Part shown: positions 24,233 to 32,000 of the stretch, one piece after another
Position numbering within the stretch: the stretch's first letter is position 1
Layout of the letters: each line of letters opens with the position of its first letter
DNA from: Candidatus Saccharimonadota bacterium
Lineage (GTDB): Archaea; Nanobdellota; Nanobdellia; Pacearchaeales; GW2011-AR1
Assembly (NCBI GenBank): GCA_026002795.1
Contig: BPGA01000001.1
Coordinates: 30,001-62,000, forward strand
DNA length: 32,000 nucleotides
Reading direction: 5' to 3'
Translations under genes and position numbers: made by a program
Notes under the pieces: model-generated
Seen by the model: the letters and a program-made list of their open reading frames with translations, nothing else
Told to the model about the DNA's origin: nothing
The model's database searches: none

Positions 24233-25867
24233 ATGAGTTTAAAGAATAAATTTTGGTTTTTTTTCTTTAGCTTAACTATTTTAATCTTTAGTTTAGGTTC
24301 TATAAATGCACAAGATGAATTTCAGAATTTTTTAGATTCAACACCAATTATTATCACTATTGGACAAAACAGCTCTCAACTTAATTTTAGTTTAGACACT
24401 TCTTCTAGATCTTGGGATAAACAAAACATACTTATACAAAATAAAAGTGTTGGGGGTATTACAATAAACAATTTGGATATCTCATTTAATATCTCAAAAA
24501 TTTTAGAAGATATTAATGGTGTGGTTGAGATAGAAAGAGGGAGTTATTACCCTCAATTTAAAAAACTTAGTGTGTCAGGTGAAAATCCGACAATTAAAGT
24601 AGGTGTAATAAATATAACAGGCTTGAATATTTCTGGTTCTGGTTGGTTATCAACAAAAAACGTCTTTGAACTTATTCTTGGTAGTTTTGATTCACGTTTA
24701 TCTAATTTAAGTGATATAAGTAATATAAACAACTACCTACAAGAGAATCCTCTTTCTGAACAGTCACCAACCCATATCATATTTACTAAAAATGGAACAA
24801 ATTATTCTATATTATCGGACAAAGGTTACGGAGAAGTTAAAGAAGAGTGGAAAGATGAAATAAGAAATATAATTAATGAAAGTGTTCAGCAAATAAACAT
24901 TAAAAATATCCTCAATGATGTTCTTCCTATATTAGAAAGTAAACCAGAATTCCAAGAAATTTGGAATAAATTAGATTTAAATTTTACAGTTACCGACATA
25001 GATTTGTCTATTTTTGATATAAATGCTTCTGCTTCAAATCTTACAGAGATAAAACTTGAAGATGGAAATTATTTAATTCCAGTTACACTAACAAAAGATT
25101 CTAAAACATACACCAAACAAATTCTTTTAATTATTCATGGAATAGAAAATAAAGATACAGTTGGTTCTGTAACAGAAACATACGTTCCTACAAATCCAGA
25201 AGTTTCTAAATACTTAGCTAGCATTACAGGTCTTCAAAAAGAAGTTTTTGTATCTGTTTCTGTTTTTGATGTTGTACCTTTTGGAGTTTCTTTACCTCCA
25301 AACACCGGAAAAGTTATTAAGTTTTTAGAAATTAATACTAACTCTTCTAATGGAACAATTAACTTTAAGGTGCCTGTTGATAAAGTTACGAATCCATCAT
25401 TAGTTAGCCTTTATGTTTTAGAAGGAACGAACTGGGTTGAATTACAAACAAGCCCACCTAATTTAAATGGTTTATTTTATGAGTATTCTGCATTTACTCC
25501 GCATTTCTCAACATTCATGATAATGGAAAAAATTATTCAAACAGGCATAACAGAAACAGGAGGTAGGGCTAGAGGTTCTCCTAGGTTTGTTATAGAAGAA
25601 CCAGAAGCACCTACTCAAACAACACAGCAGCCTTCTTCTAGCCCACAACCAATTCAAGCAAGCCCGCCTCCACAAACACCAACTAATGGTGGCTTCATAG
25701 CAACAATAACTGGTGCTATAATAGGTGCATTAACAAGCCCAACTGGCCTTTTTTCTCTTTTAGTTATTTTAATTGCGGTTATTATCGCTGTATTAGTAAT
25801 TAGAAATTTGTTCCCTTTGTCAAGAACAAAAAAATTAAATGACAAAAGGGGTGAAGATGATAAATGA
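24233..25867 (+). CDS. Secreted surface protein with a PGF-pre-PGF-like domain, P/Q/S-rich stalk and C-terminal TM anchor
   Basis: 544-aa ORF with signal peptide 'FWFFFFSLTILIFSLGSINA'. 'PPNTGKVIKFLEINT...INFKVPVDKV...LVSLYVLEGTNWVELQTS...YEYSAFTPHFSTFMIM' matches the archaeal PGF-pre-PGF domain pattern. It is followed by 'PEAPTQTTQQPSSSPQPIQASPPPQTP' and the TM segment 'LFSLLVILIAVIIAVLVI'. Confidence 0.7.
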   Translation: MSLKNKFWFFFFSLTILIFSLGSINAQDEFQNFLDSTPIIITIGQNSSQLNFSLDTSSRSWDKQNILIQNKSVGGITINNLDISFNISKILEDINGVVEIERGSYYPQFKKLSVSGENPTIKVGVINITGLNISGSGWLSTKNVFELILGSFDSRLSNLSDISNINNYLQENPLSEQSPTHIIFTKNGTNYSILSDKGYGEVKEEWKDEIRNIINESVQQINIKNILNDVLPILESKPEFQEIWNKLDLNFTVTDIDLSIFDINASASNLTEIKLEDGNYLIPVTLTKDSKTYTKQILLIIHGIENKDTVGSVTETYVPTNPEVSKYLASITGLQKEVFVSVSVFDVVPFGVSLPPNTGKVIKFLEINTNSSNGTINFKVPVDKVTNPSLVSLYVLEGTNWVELQTSPPNLNGLFYEYSAFTPHFSTFMIMEKIIQTGITETGGRARGSPRFVIEEPEAPTQTTQQPSSSPQPIQASPPPQTPTNGGFIATITGAIIGALTSPTGLFSLLVILIAVIIAVLVIRNLFPLSRTKKLNDKRGEDDK

Positions 25868-28800
25868 AAAATTTTGTGAATTTTCTAGTAATTTTTGTTT
25901 TAACAGTTGTATCTATAAATTTGATTAGTGCTCAAACTGTTTCTATTGAATTTAATGTAAAAGACGATTCTGGAAATCCTTTAAAAGAATCATTAATTAT
26001 AATCCAAGGAATAACCAATACAAATTTTAGTCAAACAAAAATAACAGATTCTAATGGAAAAGCTATTTTCAATCTAAACAAAAATGAGCTTTTTTCGTAT
26101 ATTATTTATAAAATTTCTTATGAAGAATTAAGCGGAAGTATATTTACAAATCAAGATAAAGTAATAAATATTGTTTTAAAAAAACTACCTCCAGACCGGT
26201 GGTATTTTTATAGAATAAATAACGGAGAATTAGATTTTAGTTTTAAAAGTTTAGATAATGATACAAATTATAATCCTAATGAATACATAAAGAGCTCAAT
26301 TGAAGTAAAAAATATAGCTGGAAAAAGAATTCAGCTTTTGAATGAAAAAAGTTTTTTTAGAACAATAGATGCAGATACAGAAAAAGTTCTTAGGGCTTGG
26401 GGTAGGTTTGATTTTGGGGGTGGAAAAAATTTAACAGAAGTGATTTTAAAAGAAGGTGGTTGGATAAAAGCAAGTTTAATTGAAGAGAAAGCAGAATTTT
26501 GTGGTAGTAATATAATAATTACTTATAATAACCTAAGAATAGAGCTTTCTGGAAGTGAATCTATTTGTTTAGAAGATTCTCAAAGTTATAACAAAATACC
26601 AGAATGGATTTTAAAAAACAATTATAAGATGAAGCTTGATTACTTTTATAAAATAGATAACATAGAAAGAACAATAAGTTTTATATCTCAACCCTTTTTT
26701 ATTAACAATACAGAATGGAAACCTGAAATAATCTCTTTTCCACAAACAGAGATTTCTGTTGAAGAAGAATGGGTTTATCAAATAAAACTTAAAGAGTATC
26801 CTGAAAGTTATTCTCCTGTTTTAAATCTCATTAATTATGCTCTTATGGATTATCCTGAAGGAATGAGTATTGATAAAGACAAAGGAATTGTTAAATGGAA
26901 ACCAACAAAACCAGGGGAGTATAATGTAACAGTAAGAGCATATCATCAATACTTTGAAAATAATTCAGATAAAATAGCTTTTTTTGATCAGAGCTTTTCA
27001 TTAAAAGTAAAACAAGAAAAGCAAAACAATCCCCCAATTGCATACAACATAAACATAACAACAGAAGAGAATAAGCCAGTAACTTTCAATTTAAATGCAA
27101 CTGATCCTGAAAATGATCCTTTAACTTTTATAATTGTAAGCAATCCATCAAATGGCTCAATTTCCAATTTTAATTCTTCTACAGGAGAAATTACTTACAC
27201 ACCAAATCCAAGTTTTTTTGGAACAGATAGCTTTAGTTTTAAGGCTAATGATGGAAAATTAGATAGCAACATTGCAATTGTAACAATAACAGTAAATCCT
27301 ATACCAAAAAACAAACCACCTGTAATAAAATCTCAGCCTGTGACAGAAGTTAATGAAAATTCTCATTACAGTTATCAAGTTATTGCAGAAGATGAAGATG
27401 GAGATTCTTTAACCTACTCTTTAGAAGCTCCTTCTTGGCTTTCAATAAGCTCTACTGGTTTAATTTCAGGAATAGCTCCAGAAGTTTCAGAGGATGTTGT
27501 TTTTGATGTAATTTTAAGAGTTAGTGATGGAAAAGATTTTTCTGAGCAGAAGTATCAGTTGAAAGTTGTTAATGTAAACAAACCACCTGTGATAAAATCT
27601 CAGCCTGTGACAGAAGTTAATGAAAATTCTCATTACAGTTATCAAGTTATTGCAGAAGATGAAGATGGAGATTCTTTAACCTACTCTTTAGAAGCTCCTT
27701 CTTGGCTTTCAATAAGCTCTACTGGTTTAATTTCAGGAATAGCTCCAGAAGTTTCAGAGGATGTTGTTTTTGATGTAATTTTAAGAGTTAGCGATGGAAA
27801 AGATTTTTCTGAGCAGAAGTATCAGTTGAAGGTTGTTAATGTAAACAAACCACCTGTGATAAAATCTCAGCCTGTGACAGAAGTTAATGAAAATTCTCAT
27901 TACAGTTATCAAGTTATTGCAGAAGATGAAGATGGAGATTCTTTAACCTACTCTTTAGAAGCTCCTTCTTGGCTTTCAATAAGTTCTACTGGTTTAATTT
28001 CAGGAATAGCTCCAGAAGTTTCAGAGGATGTTGTTTTTGATGTAATTTTAAGAGTTAGTGATGGAAAAGATTTTTCTGAGCAGAAGTATCAGTTGAAAGT
28101 TGTTAATGTAAACAAACCACCTGTGATAAAATCTCAGCCTGTGACAGAAGTTAATGAAAATTCTCATTACAGTTACCAGGTTATTGCAGAAGATGAAGAT
28201 GGAGATTCTTTAACCTACTCTTTAGAAGCTCCTTCTTGGCTTTCAATAAGTTCTACTGGTTTAATTTCAGGAATAGCTCCAGAAGTTTCAGAGGATGTTG
28301 TTTTTGATGTAATTTTAAGAGTTAGTGATGGAAAAGATTTTTCTGAGCAGAAGTATCAGTTGAAAGTTGTTAATGTAAACAAACCACCTGTGATAAAATC
28401 TCAGCCTGTGACAGAAGTTAATGAAAATTCTCATTACAGTTATCAAGTTATTGCAGAAGATGAAGATGGAGATTCTTTAACCTACTCTTTAGAAGCTCCT
28501 TCTTGGCTTTCAATAAGTTCTACTGGTTTAATTTCAGGAATAGCTCCAGAAGTTTCAGAGGATGTTGTTTTTGATGTAATTTTAAGAGTTAGTGATGGAA
28601 AAGATTTTTCTGAGCAGAAGTATCAGTTGAAGGTTGTTAATGTAGAGAAAAAAGAAGAAAAGAGAGAAATAGAAGAAAAAAGATTTTCATTTAGGTCAGT
28701 TGAACCAGATGATTTTGAATTTAACATTTATTTTAATCAATTTTCTCTGCCAGAACAGAAGTCTATTCCAATTTCAGAAAAAAGCACTATTAAAAAAAGT

Positions 28801-28932
28801 TTTTTAAAAGAAGAAGATGAAGAGAAAATAAGAGAAATAGCTGTATTGTTTATCTTTTTAAATTTAAATTCTGCTTTGGTTGTTTTGTTTGTTTTAATTA
28901 AAAAAGGATTTATATTTAAAAGAGCTATTTGA
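25864..28932 (+). CDS. Large surface adhesin-like protein (CarboxypepD_reg-like N-terminus, cadherin/Ig-like domains, 5x He_PIG-like repeats, C-terminal TM anchor)
   Basis: 1022-aa ORF whose ATG overlaps the upstream stop (ATGA); the signal peptide is 'FLVIFVLTVVSINLISA'. 'NNPPIAYNINITTEENKPVTFNLNATDPENDPLTF...GTDSFSFKANDGKLDS' is a cadherin-like/Big domain. It is followed by five identical 89-aa units, 'KPPVIKSQPVTEVNENSHYSYQV...', and the C-terminal TM segment 'IAVLFIFLNLNSALVVLFVLI'. Confidence 0.85.
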   Translation: MKNFVNFLVIFVLTVVSINLISAQTVSIEFNVKDDSGNPLKESLIIIQGITNTNFSQTKITDSNGKAIFNLNKNELFSYIIYKISYEELSGSIFTNQDKVINIVLKKLPPDRWYFYRINNGELDFSFKSLDNDTNYNPNEYIKSSIEVKNIAGKRIQLLNEKSFFRTIDADTEKVLRAWGRFDFGGGKNLTEVILKEGGWIKASLIEEKAEFCGSNIIITYNNLRIELSGSESICLEDSQSYNKIPEWILKNNYKMKLDYFYKIDNIERTISFISQPFFINNTEWKPEIISFPQTEISVEEEWVYQIKLKEYPESYSPVLNLINYALMDYPEGMSIDKDKGIVKWKPTKPGEYNVTVRAYHQYFENNSDKIAFFDQSFSLKVKQEKQNNPPIAYNINITTEENKPVTFNLNATDPENDPLTFIIVSNPSNGSISNFNSSTGEITYTPNPSFFGTDSFSFKANDGKLDSNIAIVTITVNPIPKNKPPVIKSQPVTEVNENSHYSYQVIAEDEDGDSLTYSLEAPSWLSISSTGLISGIAPEVSEDVVFDVILRVSDGKDFSEQKYQLKVVNVNKPPVIKSQPVTEVNENSHYSYQVIAEDEDGDSLTYSLEAPSWLSISSTGLISGIAPEVSEDVVFDVILRVSDGKDFSEQKYQLKVVNVNKPPVIKSQPVTEVNENSHYSYQVIAEDEDGDSLTYSLEAPSWLSISSTGLISGIAPEVSEDVVFDVILRVSDGKDFSEQKYQLKVVNVNKPPVIKSQPVTEVNENSHYSYQVIAEDEDGDSLTYSLEAPSWLSISSTGLISGIAPEVSEDVVFDVILRVSDGKDFSEQKYQLKVVNVNKPPVIKSQPVTEVNENSHYSYQVIAEDEDGDSLTYSLEAPSWLSISSTGLISGIAPEVSEDVVFDVILRVSDGKDFSEQKYQLKVVNVEKKEEKREIEEKRFSFRSVEPDDFEFNIYFNQFSLPEQKSIPISEKSTIKKSFLKEEDEEKIREIAVLFIFLNLNSALVVLFVLIKKGFIFKRAI
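27313..28647 (+). repeat. Five head-to-tail 267-bp (89-codon) tandem repeats inside the adhesin gene
   Basis: The units are 27313-27579, 27580-27846, 27847-28113, 28114-28380 and 28381-28647. The internal differences I found are 27324 (a vs g), unit offset 137 (c in units 1-2, t in units 3-5), 27792 (c), 27831 and 28632 (g), and 28176 and 28179 (c, g). In addition, the last codon of unit 5 is gag rather than aac. Confidence 0.97.
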
Positions 28933-28937
28933 TTAAA

Positions 28938-30104
28938 ATGAAAACTAAAATAAGATACTTGTTACCTTTCTTATTTTTTGGTTTTTTTCCTAAAGATTCA
29001 GAAGGTCAATTCAAATTAACTTTAGGAAGAGAAAAATTAGAGGTAAAAAGCGAGTATGTAGATCTCTCATTAGAGAACTCTTTAGGAATTGAAAAAATTA
29101 GAGATATTGAAAATTTAAGAGGTGATTTTGGATTAAAGTTTAAAGATAATTATGTTTTTGTTGTAAGAAACGGAATAAAAAATCATTTTTATGGCGCAAA
29201 TATTAATTTGCCTTATTTTAAAGGTTATCATACAAGCTCTTATCAAAGTACAAGAAATGAAGACACAAAAAGACAAGAATCTCCTATAGGAGAGATAATT
29301 ACTGAAACAAATATTTTGGAAGAGAAAAGAATTAATGAATATGGAACTTTTTTTGAATATGGGGGTTTTTTTGCTGGCTTTGAATTATCAAGAAAAACGT
29401 CAGAATTAAATGGAAGTGTAATAATAAGCTTACCTCAAGATCAAAATAAAACTTTTTTTTCTTCTTATAACGAAGGAAAAGCAGAAATCTATTCTTTAGG
29501 TTTTAATAATGCTTTTCTTAAATTTATAAGAAACGAAATTTTTGAAGGAGAAAAAAGAGAAGAATTAAGAAAAAACAACTTTAATAATTTTTTAGTTGGA
29601 GCTAATTACCAAATTAAAAAAAATGATAAAGAAAAATTTAAGGTTAGTTTATACTATGGAAAAGAATTTTCTGAATTGTCAAATTTAGAAATAAGTGCAT
29701 TAGCTGGATTTTTTAGATTTAATGTTTTTAAAGATTTATATTTTCATTTTTTCTTCGACGGAAAAGAAAAAAAATTTAGAGCAAGTTTATCCACAAAAAA
29801 CTTTTCAGATTTGAATGAGATTGATTTTGAAAGAAGTCTTGAGAATAGGCTAAGAATTGTGCCAAGATTTTATGATAGATCTTTAGAAACAAAAAGAAAG
29901 TACCTTAATGATGCATTTTTTTTAGAACCTTTTTCTTACAGTGTTACTGTTGATGAAGAAAATATAAATGCCTCTCTAAACTTAAACAGATTATTATTTC
30001 ACTACTCAAATGATTCTTTTATTGTAGGAGCTAAATATAGGTTTTTGATAGGCACATATGATTTCAAAAAAGACGAGCTTGGATTAGGAATTTTTTTAAA
30101 ATAA
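28938..30104 (+). CDS. Hypothetical secreted beta-strand-rich protein
   Basis: The track start at 28929 is TTG and overlaps the adhesin stop; the first ATG is at 28938. A short N-terminal hydrophobic segment 'YLLPFLFFGFF' is followed by about 360 aa with alternating hydrophobic/polar stretches ('YSLGFNNAFLKF', 'FLVGANYQI', 'KVSLYYGKEF', 'FIVGAKYRFLIGTY', 'LGLGIFLK'). I recognise no family. Confidence 0.5.
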   Translation: MKTKIRYLLPFLFFGFFPKDSEGQFKLTLGREKLEVKSEYVDLSLENSLGIEKIRDIENLRGDFGLKFKDNYVFVVRNGIKNHFYGANINLPYFKGYHTSSYQSTRNEDTKRQESPIGEIITETNILEEKRINEYGTFFEYGGFFAGFELSRKTSELNGSVIISLPQDQNKTFFSSYNEGKAEIYSLGFNNAFLKFIRNEIFEGEKREELRKNNFNNFLVGANYQIKKNDKEKFKVSLYYGKEFSELSNLEISALAGFFRFNVFKDLYFHFFFDGKEKKFRASLSTKNFSDLNEIDFERSLENRLRIVPRFYDRSLETKRKYLNDAFFLEPFSYSVTVDEENINASLNLNRLLFHYSNDSFIVGAKYRFLIGTYDFKKDELGLGIFLK

Positions 30105-30133
30105 TAATTCTAAATTAATCTAAATTAAATAAC

Positions 30134-30204
30134 GGGCCTGTAGTTTAACGGTAAAACGCATCCCTGGCTTGGATGAGATCCGCGTTCAATTCGCGGCAGG
30201 TCCA
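30134..30204 (+). tRNA. tRNA-Ala (anticodon GGC)
   Basis: The manual cloverleaf has acceptor GGGCCTG/CAGGTCC with a G3:U70 wobble (the Ala identity element), D arm GTTT-AACGGTA-AAAC, and anticodon arm CATCC-CTGGCTT-GGATG (GGC). The T arm is CCGCG-TTCAATT-CGCGG and the discriminator is A. Confidence 0.9.
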
Positions 30205-30713
30205 ATATTTAATCTAACAAAATTAACAATAATCTCTTTATTTCTTACCTCTGGATGAAAAAGAGTTGCATAAAAATTTTCTTTTTGAAAAGTCTCAGGA
30301 AGAGCTCTAAACTGGTTAAGATGGTAAGCATTAATTTCTCCTTTTACGCCTAAAAATTCTTTTTTAATAGTTATTTTTTTAAACCCTATGCTTGGTTTTT
30401 TTTGTTTTTTAAGTTTACATCCTAATAGCAAGCCAATAATATGTGCTCCTCCACAAATTCCTAGAACTGGCTTTTTAAACTTAAGAAGAAAATCAAATTT
30501 TTTTAAATTATTAAGAAATTCATTATCAGATAAACTCGTTCCGCAAATTATTATTTTTTCTACCTTAAGAGGGTTTTTATTTATAATGTCGTCAATTTCT
30601 TTATAGTGCTTGGTTAAAAATTTTACATTCTCTTTTTTTAAAATATCTTCAATTGGTTTTACAAATTCCAAGGCATGAAGAGGCTCTTTGCAGATGTTGA
30701 TTAGTAGAATCAT
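30186..30713 (-). CDS. Class I glutamine amidotransferase-like protein (stand-alone, specificity unknown)
   Basis: 175-aa ORF with the nucleophile elbow 'PVLGICGGAHIIG' and 'LFHPEVRNKEIIVNF' (His-x-Glu of the triad). Its last 19 nt (30186-30204) overlap tRNA-Ala on the opposite strand. It lies 7 nt downstream of the Dph6 gene. Confidence 0.7.
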   Translation of the reverse strand: MILLINICKEPLHALEFVKPIEDILKKENVKFLTKHYKEIDDIINKNPLKVEKIIICGTSLSDNEFLNNLKKFDFLLKFKKPVLGICGGAHIIGLLLGCKLKKQKKPSIGFKKITIKKEFLGVKGEINAYHLNQFRALPETFQKENFYATLFHPEVRNKEIIVNFVRLNIGPAAN

Positions 30714-30720
30714 TTTATAA

Positions 30721-31389
30721 CTACCGAATATCTAAGTCCATTCTCCAAGAATTTTTTTCACCAGAAAATTTAGCTCCTATAACTTTTAATGGTCTTTTAA
30801 AAAGAGGGCATTCTAAAACAAAGGTTTCAAATTCACCTCCTTCACCAGCTGGATTTATTTTGTATTTTTCTTTAAGTTCTTTAACTTCTTCTATAAATTT
30901 TTTATCTATTTCTCTGCCAAGCCAAGAAGCATTAAAAGGATAAGAAAAAACACCAGTAATAATAACTTTAAATTTTTCTTTTAAAAGCTCTTCTAAAAGT
31001 TCTATCTGATCTTTCTGCCACAACGGATTAAAACACTCTAAATTAAGTTTATTGCAAATTTTTTGAATTCTAGAGGCTTGATAAACACTTTCTATTGCTC
31101 CTGTAACAATTCCTTCTATTTTATATTTTTTTATTGCTTCTTTTATTGCGTCTTCTAAATCAATTAGTTCTTTTTCTTTAATCCCTTTTGTTTCTTTTAT
31201 AATTAAAGGGATGCCCATCTCTTTTGCTTGTTTTTCTGTTTTTGAGATGCTTGGTGTATGAAACATAAAACTTTCTTCGTTTTTTGAGATTATTGTTATT
31301 AAGCAACTAATTCCATAACCTAATTTTTTTGTAAGCCAGGCTGAATATGTAGAATCTTTTCCTCCTGAAAATAAAACCCCCACTTTCAT
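30721..31389 (-). CDS. dph6: Diphthine--ammonia ligase (Dph6 / MJ0570-family PP-loop ATPase)
   Basis: The track start at 31392 is TTG; the ATG is at 31389. It has the PP-loop 'VLFSGGKDS', 'EESFMFHTP', 'GIVTGAIESVYQ' and 'PAGEGGEFETFVLECPLF', which align closely to archaeal Dph6 (Diphthami_syn_2 family) as I remember it. Confidence 0.85.
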   Translation of the reverse strand: MKVGVLFSGGKDSTYSAWLTKKLGYGISCLITIISKNEESFMFHTPSISKTEKQAKEMGIPLIIKETKGIKEKELIDLEDAIKEAIKKYKIEGIVTGAIESVYQASRIQKICNKLNLECFNPLWQKDQIELLEELLKEKFKVIITGVFSYPFNASWLGREIDKKFIEEVKELKEKYKINPAGEGGEFETFVLECPLFKRPLKVIGAKFSGEKNSWRMDLDIR

Positions 31390-31500
31390 CAAGAAAAGAA
31401 ATTTTTTGACTTTTTAAGCTGTTTTATTTTTTAATGTATACTCTGAGAAAATTATAAATTATTTTTATACTTTTAATAAGTTATTTCTTATATTAATAAA

Positions 31501-32000
31501 CTATTGTGTTTCTTTAAACTTTTCATTAATAGAACCAACTTCAGAACTAAAGTCAAAATTTTCAGTATTTTCTTTAAAATAAGTTTCGCTCAGCCATATA
31601 TAGAAATCTTCAAATGGAATTTCTTGTTCAAGCCAGAGTTTTTTTTGATGATCAAGATGTAAAAGACCTACAAAATTAATTAATCTTTCTTCTTTATCTG
31701 CTTCTTTTCCTACGAATTCATTAAAAGAAATTTTTTTAAGTTGTTCTTTTTTTAAGCTTTCAATAACTTTTTGATAGATTTCAATAATTTTATTTTTTAT
31801 ACTTATAGATTTTTTTGGAAGAACAAATGAAATCTCTATGTTTGCTCTTTTCTTTATAATTTCTCTTTTAATTCTTCTATTTTCTGTTTTTATTGCTTTA
31901 CTTAAAGCTTCTATGAGTTCATTAAGGGTAACTTTTCTTACTCTTGGTAGAGGGCTTTTTGGAATTATCTCTGGAATTTCTTCTTTGTCTTCTAAAGAAA
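31501..32000 (-). CDS. scpA: Partial CDS (C-terminal ~166 aa; N-terminus outside the window), ScpA/kleisin-like
   Basis: This ORF is not in the ORF track because it is truncated by the window edge. The minus frame is open from 31998 down to TAG at 31501-31503. The translation '...PRVRKVTLNELIEALSKAI...INFVGLLHLDHQKKLWLEQEIPFEDFYIWL...' resembles the conserved middle/C-terminal pattern of segregation and condensation protein A. Confidence 0.5.
   Translation of the reverse strand, partial: SLEDKEEIPEIIPKSPLPRVRKVTLNELIEALSKAIKTENRRIKREIIKKRANIEISFVLPKKSISIKNKIIEIYQKVIESLKKEQLKKISFNEFVGKEADKEERLINFVGLLHLDHQKKLWLEQEIPFEDFYIWLSETYFKENTENFDFSSEVGSINEKFKETQ

Noticed and set aside
25654-25845. 63-aa minus-strand ORF at the 3' end of the surface-protein gene
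   Set aside because: It is antisense to the Pro-rich stalk/TM-anchor coding region, with no independent support.
25844-25859. 16-mer 'aaaaggggtgaagatg' shared between 21661-21676 and 25844-25859
   Set aside because: Both copies are dominated by a Shine-Dalgarno-like GGGGTGA in front of a start codon. One short match is most simply explained as convergence on the anti-SD sequence, and there is no extended homology on either side.
27313-28647. Possible CRISPR array, given regularly spaced identical repeats
   Set aside because: The units are 267 bp, directly abutting with no unique spacers, and lie in frame inside a 1022-aa ORF. This is a coding tandem repeat, not a CRISPR array. I saw no other CRISPR-like array or cas gene in the window.
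30388-30606. 72-aa plus-strand ORF inside the GATase gene
   Set aside because: It is antisense to a gene with an intact Cys/His/Glu triad pattern.

Overview
This is a strongly AT-rich archaeal window. The archaeal assignment rests on a group II chaperonin (thermosome), an intron-containing tRNA-Tyr with a C1:G72 pair, a tRNA-His with an encoded G-1, a Dph6-type diphthamide synthetase and an archaeal-type RNase HI. The small, tightly packed genes and frequent ATGA start/stop overlaps suggest a reduced, DPANN-like genome, but that is inference. Housekeeping genes sit on the flanks. At 23-7861 these are aldehyde dehydrogenase, glutaredoxin, an EamA permease, the thermosome and a CBS protein. At 21041-32000 they are three tRNAs, HisRS, a metzincin, a three-gene surface-protein module, a GATase, Dph6 and partial ScpA. 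Between them (about 7990-20760) lies an accessory block of 12 co-directional minus-strand genes followed by a decayed plus-strand IS, and the block ends just upstream of tRNA-Tyr. The best candidate for a new system is a five-gene translationally coupled operon at 7994-14600. It encodes a wHTH-nucleotidyltransferase (MNT), a HEPN protein, a 1010-aa Res-like SF2 helicase with a PD-(D/E)xK-like tail, a minimal beta-class DNA MTase, and a 595-aa DGQHR (DndB/ParB-fold) protein. No dnd or dpd modification genes are present in the window. Next to it are a transglutaminase-like membrane protein, RNase HI, a Type III Mod-like methyltransferase destroyed by clustered stops and frameshifts, two small ORFs (one wHTH-like), and a DDE transposase pseudogene. 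Other notable items are five near-identical 267-bp tandem repeats inside a 1022-aa adhesin that differ internally only at synonymous sites, a frameshifted surface-protein gene, a 27-codon hyper-acidic micro-ORF, and a Dph6-GATase gene pair. All calls come from reading motifs by eye; no database search was run.
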